This document shows positions 59,775 to 64,000 of a stretch of 64,000 nt of DNA, one piece after another. Both the position numbers and the translations under genes were made by a program. The notes beneath the pieces were generated by a model, which saw nothing but the letters and a program-made list of their open reading frames with translations, searched no databases and was not told the origin of the DNA. The number at the start of each line of letters is the position of its first letter. Position 1 is the stretch's first letter. This DNA is from Eubacteriales bacterium. Its GTDB lineage: Bacteria > Bacillota > Clostridia > Oscillospirales > CAG-272. The stretch spans positions 23,754 to 87,753 of the forward strand of contig JAZNCE010000003.1 in assembly GCA_045587385.1 (NCBI GenBank), written 5' to 3'.

Positions 59775-60359
59775 ATGCATATTTACGACATTTCCCAAGA
59801 GGTATTTACCTGCGCGGTCTATCCGGGCGACCCTGCGCCTGCGCGCGAGGTGCTTGCGTCCTTGGATGCGGGCGACGTGATCAATCTGACCGCCTTTTCC
59901 ATGTGCGCCCATAACGGCACGCACGTGGACGCGCCTGCGCATTTTATAGCGGGTGGTAAAACCGTGGACGAGCTGCCGCTTGACGCTACGGTTGGCATGG
60001 CGTGCGTGATCTCTCACGAGGGCGATATCTCGGCAGAGCATGCAAAAGAAATGCTTTCCGTGGCAGGGAACTGCAAAAAGCTGCTGATCAAGGGCAACGC
60101 AACGCTGACGTTGGAAGCTGCACACGTGCTTGCAGATGCGGGCATTGACCTCTTTGGCAACGAATCGCAGACCGTAGGCCCCGAATCTGCGCCCATGGCG
60201 GTGCATCTTTGCCTGCTTGGCGCGGGTGTGGTGCTCTTGGAGGGCATCCGACTTGCAAGCGTGCCCGACGGCAGGTATCTGCTTTGCGCAGCACCTATCA
60301 ACCTCGGCGGTGCGGAGGGCGCACCTTGCCGTGCCGTTTTGATTGATTTATCTAACTAA
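59775..60359 (+). CDS. cyclase family protein (kynurenine formamidase-like)
   Basis: HNGTHVDAPAHF matches the HxGTHxDxPxH motif. Confidence 0.82.
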   Translation: MHIYDISQEVFTCAVYPGDPAPAREVLASLDAGDVINLTAFSMCAHNGTHVDAPAHFIAGGKTVDELPLDATVGMACVISHEGDISAEHAKEMLSVAGNCKKLLIKGNATLTLEAAHVLADAGIDLFGNESQTVGPESAPMAVHLCLLGAGVVLLEGIRLASVPDGRYLLCAAPINLGGAEGAPCRAVLIDLSN

Positions 60360-60373
60360 AGGAGATAGAAAAT

Positions 60374-60925
60374 ATGTCCGAATTTCTTGCAATGCTTGAA
60401 TCCGTTTCACCGATCCTGGTCTGCTTTTTGATCTGCGCGGCAAAAATTTTGGAAATTACCATTCAATCGCTCAAAACCTGCATGATGGTCAAGGGGCAAC
60501 GCCTCAAAGCCGCGGGTCTTGGTTTTGTTGAGTGCATCATTTGGGGTCTTGTGGTGTCGGGCGTCATCGGCACGCTTGGCGATAACCCGCTGCGTCTTTT
60601 GTTTTACTGCGCAGGATATGCGACAGGTCTTTTCCTTGGCTCTACCATTGAGGGCAAGATCGCGCTGGGCACTTCCAATCTTGAGCTGATCGCGAACGAC
60701 GACAGCACCGAAAAGATCACCGCTTACTTAAAGGAAAATGATCTCGGATACACCGTGCTGCCCGGCCATGGCGCGAATGAGAAAATGAACATGATATTTA
60801 TCGTGCTGCCCAGAAAACGTACCAAGCGCGTGCTTGCCGATATCCGCAAGTGCTGCGACAATAAGGTCTTCGTGGTTGCCAGCGAGGTAAGCAAATTCGC
60901 CGGCGGCTATGGATTGGTGAAATAA
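60374..60925 (+). CDS. UPF0316 family membrane protein (DUF2179 C-terminal domain)
   Basis: KILEITIQSLKTCMMVKGQR.., GFVECIIW, and a C-terminal DUF2179-like GYTVLPGHG. Confidence 0.78.
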   Translation: MSEFLAMLESVSPILVCFLICAAKILEITIQSLKTCMMVKGQRLKAAGLGFVECIIWGLVVSGVIGTLGDNPLRLLFYCAGYATGLFLGSTIEGKIALGTSNLELIANDDSTEKITAYLKENDLGYTVLPGHGANEKMNMIFIVLPRKRTKRVLADIRKCCDNKVFVVASEVSKFAGGYGLVK

Positions 60926-60946
60926 TAAGCCAACCATTTTTATCAT

Positions 60947-60972
60947 CGTAGGGGCGATTCATGAATCGCCCG
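60947..60972. repeat. REP-like hairpin, family 2
   Basis: CGTAGGGGCGATTCATGAATCGCCCG. Confidence 0.88.
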
Positions 60973-60982
60973 CCAATTCTAT

Positions 60983-61010
60983 CCGTAGGGGCGACCGGAC
61001 GAATCGCCCG
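60983..61010. repeat. REP-like hairpin, family 2
   Basis: CCGTAGGGGCGACCGGACGAATCGCCCG. A half copy in inverted orientation, CACCGCCCTACGG, lies at 61032-61044. Confidence 0.85.
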
Positions 61011-61076
61011 ACAATCTTAGCGGCAGCAAGTCACCGCCCTACGGAATTACAAGTATTCACAGAAAGGAGAACCACC

Positions 61077-61910
61077 ATGGCAATCAAAACCAAAGCAAAA
61101 AGACCGCCCTTGTCCGCGCTGGATAAGACGCTTTACGCGATCTTCGGTTTGTCGGGGCTTGTGCTTCCTTTTGTGATGATTCGTGTATTTGGCATTTGGT
61201 TACCGAGCCTGATCGCTTTTGCATATCCGGACGTCATTGCAAGCAGTTCAACCGCCGCGTTTGCTTTTTCGAGCGTGTTGATATTTGCTCCTGGGCTGCT
61301 GTTTTTTCTCGCTATCATATTCTGGGAGAAAAGATTGCCGCTGTTAGGGAACAAAAAATACAAGCCCAAATGGTCGGAGAAAATTCTTCATACGCCACCG
61401 CTGTTTTCAAAGCAATTCTTTGTGCAGATGAGTGATAAGCGCAAAAAGTGGCTCAAAATCGGGCTGATTATCGTGGCTGCCTTATTGCTGGTGCACGCTA
61501 TCGTCCTGCCGTTTGCTTTTCTCAAAAGAACCACCGTTGACGTTCACGGCAACATCCGCCAATACGATATGCTGGGCAGAACCACCAATGAATTGCATAT
61601 CGAGGATGCGGATCTGATTGTTGTGATCATCGATCAAGAACGTATCAGGGCAAGACACGCGAGTAGGATTGAGTACCAATTGCGCGTGGATTATTATTTC
61701 GGTGATGAACAATACCGATTTGACGACGAAGACTTTTCGCATATGAATGCCGAAGAGTTGTTTACCTATTTGTCAGGACTCAAAGCCACCTATGGCGATA
61801 CGTTTACGACCAAGAACGCACAGTATGTCGATGACCTGATAAGCTATAAAAAGTTCTATAATCAAAGAGCAAAGCAGCTGCTTTATCAGATTTTTGATTT
61901 ACCCCGGTGA
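61077..61910 (+). CDS. hypothetical membrane protein (3-4 TM helices plus soluble C-terminal domain)
   Basis: RBS AAAGGAGA. No family recognised. GC content is lower than the flanks. Confidence 0.6.
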   Translation: MAIKTKAKRPPLSALDKTLYAIFGLSGLVLPFVMIRVFGIWLPSLIAFAYPDVIASSSTAAFAFSSVLIFAPGLLFFLAIIFWEKRLPLLGNKKYKPKWSEKILHTPPLFSKQFFVQMSDKRKKWLKIGLIIVAALLLVHAIVLPFAFLKRTTVDVHGNIRQYDMLGRTTNELHIEDADLIVVIIDQERIRARHASRIEYQLRVDYYFGDEQYRFDDEDFSHMNAEELFTYLSGLKATYGDTFTTKNAQYVDDLISYKKFYNQRAKQLLYQIFDLPR

Positions 61911-61942
61911 GGTCTGCATATGGAGCAGCTCCGCAATATCCA

Positions 61943-61988
61943 TGTAGGGGCGAGAATTTCGGCATAGCCGAAATCTGTGATCGCCCGC
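61943..61988. repeat. REP-like hairpin, family 2, with an inserted inner hairpin
   Basis: TGTAGGGGCGA-GAATTTCGGCATAGCCGAAATC-TGTGATCGCCCGC. Confidence 0.85.
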
Positions 61989-62028
61989 GCCTGTCATAAG
62001 AGCTATTTATCAATAAAAGGAGAACGCT

Positions 62029-62535
62029 ATGACCAATACCACTGCACACACGCATAATCTTTTGCTGAAATTGAATCGGCACGTCACGGCACCTACCCGC
62101 AAATTGATTTTGTGCTTGTTTACGATCTGCACCACGCTGAGTGTCGTATTGATATTCGGGCATTTCTTCATTGACAACTGGTACACGTTGCACGGCGGAT
62201 TTTTCTTTCTGCCGCTCGCACTCATCAGCGGCTTTCTGCTGCCTCAATTCGGCAAAGAACAGCTTTCCGCGAAAATTCAAAAGCAGCTGTCGGCTGATCC
62301 CAACACTGTGACGACTTACGTTTTTTTTGACGATCATTTTACCTTTGAGTCAACGAGCACGTATCGCCACAGCAGCGAGCGCTTCGAATACGTCTTGATC
62401 GATAAGGTGGTCAAGATCGACGATACGACCATGTATATCCAAAGCAAAACCGGCACCTACTATCTGATCCATGAGCCTGATGGCGTCAGCGAAATACTCC
62501 GGTTTCTGTATATGAAAGCAAAAGCAACGTTGTAA
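62029..62535 (+). CDS. hypothetical membrane protein with YcxB-like C-terminal domain
   Basis: RBS AAAGGAGA. Two TM helices, then FTFESTS...YVLIDKVVKIDDTTMYIQ. Confidence 0.6.
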   Translation: MTNTTAHTHNLLLKLNRHVTAPTRKLILCLFTICTTLSVVLIFGHFFIDNWYTLHGGFFFLPLALISGFLLPQFGKEQLSAKIQKQLSADPNTVTTYVFFDDHFTFESTSTYRHSSERFEYVLIDKVVKIDDTTMYIQSKTGTYYLIHEPDGVSEILRFLYMKAKATL

Positions 62536-62571
62536 TACACAAGCAAGAAATATCCCAAAAAGGAGAACATT

Positions 62572-63468
62572 ATGATTCGTTTCGGAATATCCATCTACGG
62601 TGTGTCCCGTAAGATTTGTTCGGGGGAGATGACCCCCATTCGCGCCTTTGAGCGTATTTGTGAAATGGGTGCCGAGGTCGTGGAGCTGGTGCCGTTCGGC
62701 TTTAACTTGGTTGAGCAGCCCGCGCTGCGCCCCGAATTCAAGGCAGCAAGCAAAAGCCTTGGCGTGCCGATCGGTAACTATTCGCTCAACGCCAACTTCT
62801 TAATGCTCACGCCCGAGCAATACGATGCCGAGATGGCGCGCGTCAAACAGCATATCGACATGGTGTCGGATATGGAGATCCCCACCATTCGCGTGGATTC
62901 TGCTGCATTCCGCCGCCCCATGTGCGAAAATACCATGGAAAAGTTTCAAGAGGAAATGCCGCTGATCGTGGCAACCTACGAGCAGCTCTGCGACTACGCA
63001 AAGCCCTTGGGCATTACCGTATTGCTTGAAAACCACGGCTTCCACGCCAACGGCTCGGAGCGCGTGCGTCAGATCATGACGAGCGTAAAACGTGATAATT
63101 TCGGGCATCAGCTGGACGTAGGTAATTACACCTGCGTGGACGATATTCCCGAGATTGCCGTCAAAAAGATGATCCCGTTTGCCAAGACCATTCACATGAA
63201 GGATTTTTACGTGCGACCTTCGCACAGAGATCCCGGCGGTGCTGCGGAATTTAACTGTGAGAATTCGTGGTTCCGTTCGGTCAACGGTACGTTTTTGCGC
63301 GGCTCTATTCTCGCACAGGGCGATATTGACATCTGGGACGTCATGCGCACCATCAAGTCGTCGTCCTTCGACGGTGATATCTACCTTGAATACGAGGGCA
63401 TGGAGGAGTGCGAATACGGCACGCACGTGTCCTTTGCCAATATGAAGCGTATTTACAATGAAGTGTAA
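62572..63468 (+). CDS. sugar phosphate isomerase/epimerase (xylose isomerase-like TIM barrel)
   Basis: RBS AAAGGAGA. ITVLLENHG, then HMKD and YLEYEG. Confidence 0.82.
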   Translation: MIRFGISIYGVSRKICSGEMTPIRAFERICEMGAEVVELVPFGFNLVEQPALRPEFKAASKSLGVPIGNYSLNANFLMLTPEQYDAEMARVKQHIDMVSDMEIPTIRVDSAAFRRPMCENTMEKFQEEMPLIVATYEQLCDYAKPLGITVLLENHGFHANGSERVRQIMTSVKRDNFGHQLDVGNYTCVDDIPEIAVKKMIPFAKTIHMKDFYVRPSHRDPGGAAEFNCENSWFRSVNGTFLRGSILAQGDIDIWDVMRTIKSSSFDGDIYLEYEGMEECEYGTHVSFANMKRIYNEV

Positions 63469-63481
63469 TATGGAGAATAAG

Positions 63482-63511
63482 CGTCCCGCACGGCAGTGCG
63501 GGGCGTTTTTT
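63482..63511 (+). terminator. rho-independent terminator
   Basis: CGTCCCGCAC-GGCA-GTGCGGGGCG followed by TTTTTT. Confidence 0.8.
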
Positions 63512-63723
63512 GTCGTGCGTGCAAATCCGTATCCTTGCGCATATTTGTCCCCATATTTTGCATACTAACCAAAGAATGTCCACATGGCAGAGCAGGGTGT
63601 TGCAAATCGACGAAAAATTAGCACTCTTGACACGAAATTAGCAGAGTTCATAAAATATTAACAAACAAAACTGCCAAAGGGACTTGACAAAACGCTTGAA
63701 AAGTGCTAAATTTATGTCAGCGG

Positions 63724-63750
63724 TTAGCACTTGAACAAAAAGAGTGCTAA
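63724..63750. promoter_or_regulatory. CIRCE operator (HrcA binding site)
   Basis: TTAGCACTT-GAACAAAAA-GAGTGCTAA matches TTAGCACTC-N9-GAGTGCTAA at 17 of 18 positions. It lies 39 nt upstream of hrcA. Confidence 0.9.
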
Positions 63751-63788
63751 AAATCGTCAAAAAAGCACCCAGAGAGAGGAGAGGAGCC

Positions 63789-64000
63789 ATGGCAAGCAAG
63801 CATGAAGGACTGAGCGAACGCAAAAAGTTAATATTGAAGGCGATCGTCGAGGCACACATTGCCGAGGGTGAACCGGTCGGTTCCAAGTCGCTCATGGCAA
63901 ATCAGCAGATCGTCTGCTCGTCTGCTACCATTCGTAACGAAATGGCAGAGCTTGAGGAGATGGGTTACCTGGTACAGCCTCACACCTCGGCGGGCAGAGT
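63789..64000 (+). CDS. hrcA: heat-inducible transcription repressor HrcA, N-terminal part (3' end outside the window)
   Basis: My own translation reads MASKHEGLSERKKLILKAIVEAHIAEGEPVGSKSLMANQQIVCSSATIRNEMAELEEMGYLVQPHTSAGR, the canonical HrcA N-terminus. RBS GAGGAG. It is missing from the ORF track because no stop falls within the window. Confidence 0.92.
   Translation, partial: MASKHEGLSERKKLILKAIVEAHIAEGEPVGSKSLMANQQIVCSSATIRNEMAELEEMGYLVQPHTSAGR

Noticed and set aside
63618-63647. A second complete CIRCE element.
   Set aside because: TTAGCACTC-N9 is followed by AATTAGCAG rather than GAGTGCTAA. It is only a half-site and is mentioned in a low-interest finding.
63638-63895. An 85-aa minus-strand ORF at the right edge.
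   Set aside because: It overlaps the CIRCE operator and the clearly recognisable plus-strand hrcA N-terminus, and it has no RBS.

Overview
This 64 kb window is chromosomal DNA, roughly 55-58% GC by eye, and looks like a spore-forming Firmicute of the Clostridia. Supporting signs are a gpr-spoIIP pair, many TTGACA-17-TATAAT promoters, two T-box leaders and a CIRCE operator in front of hrcA.

I call 59 protein-coding genes and no rRNA, tRNA or CRISPR array. The backbone is housekeeping:
- pheST behind a Phe T-box, then gltX-glnS and glnA.
- rpe, ispF, ispD, rpiB, tsaB and tsaE in one minus-strand run.
- A fakA-plsX-degV lipid cluster.
- An OmpR-type regulator, histidine kinase and HtrA-like protease stress module.

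Accessory patches sit between these blocks:
- Two intracellular glycosidases.
- Two tandem paralogous ~890-aa secreted GH-like proteins.
- A three-gene set joined by ATGA overlaps: a beta-lactamase-fold protein, an APH-fold kinase and a membrane protein.
- A low-GC DUF2975/YozG-type island.
- Several XRE-family regulators.

The observations most worth following up:
1. A second T-box leader whose specifier reads AUC (Ile). It controls an HTH-cupin-medium-chain acyl-CoA synthetase fusion, not an aaRS or ilv gene.
2. A shared C-terminal GGCKS / transmembrane helix / KKKK end on both secreted paralogs, which looks like an unassigned Cys-type sorting signal.
3. A ~280-nt rod-like element with T-arm-like 20-nt termini, followed by a terminator (candidate ncRNA or MITE).
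4. Nested perfect inverted repeats at 4.2-4.5 kb, and two dispersed short-repeat families.
5. A double-GNAT-like protein plus a non-canonical ACP attached to the Fak/PlsX cluster.

All calls come from reading the sequence and translations. No database search was run.
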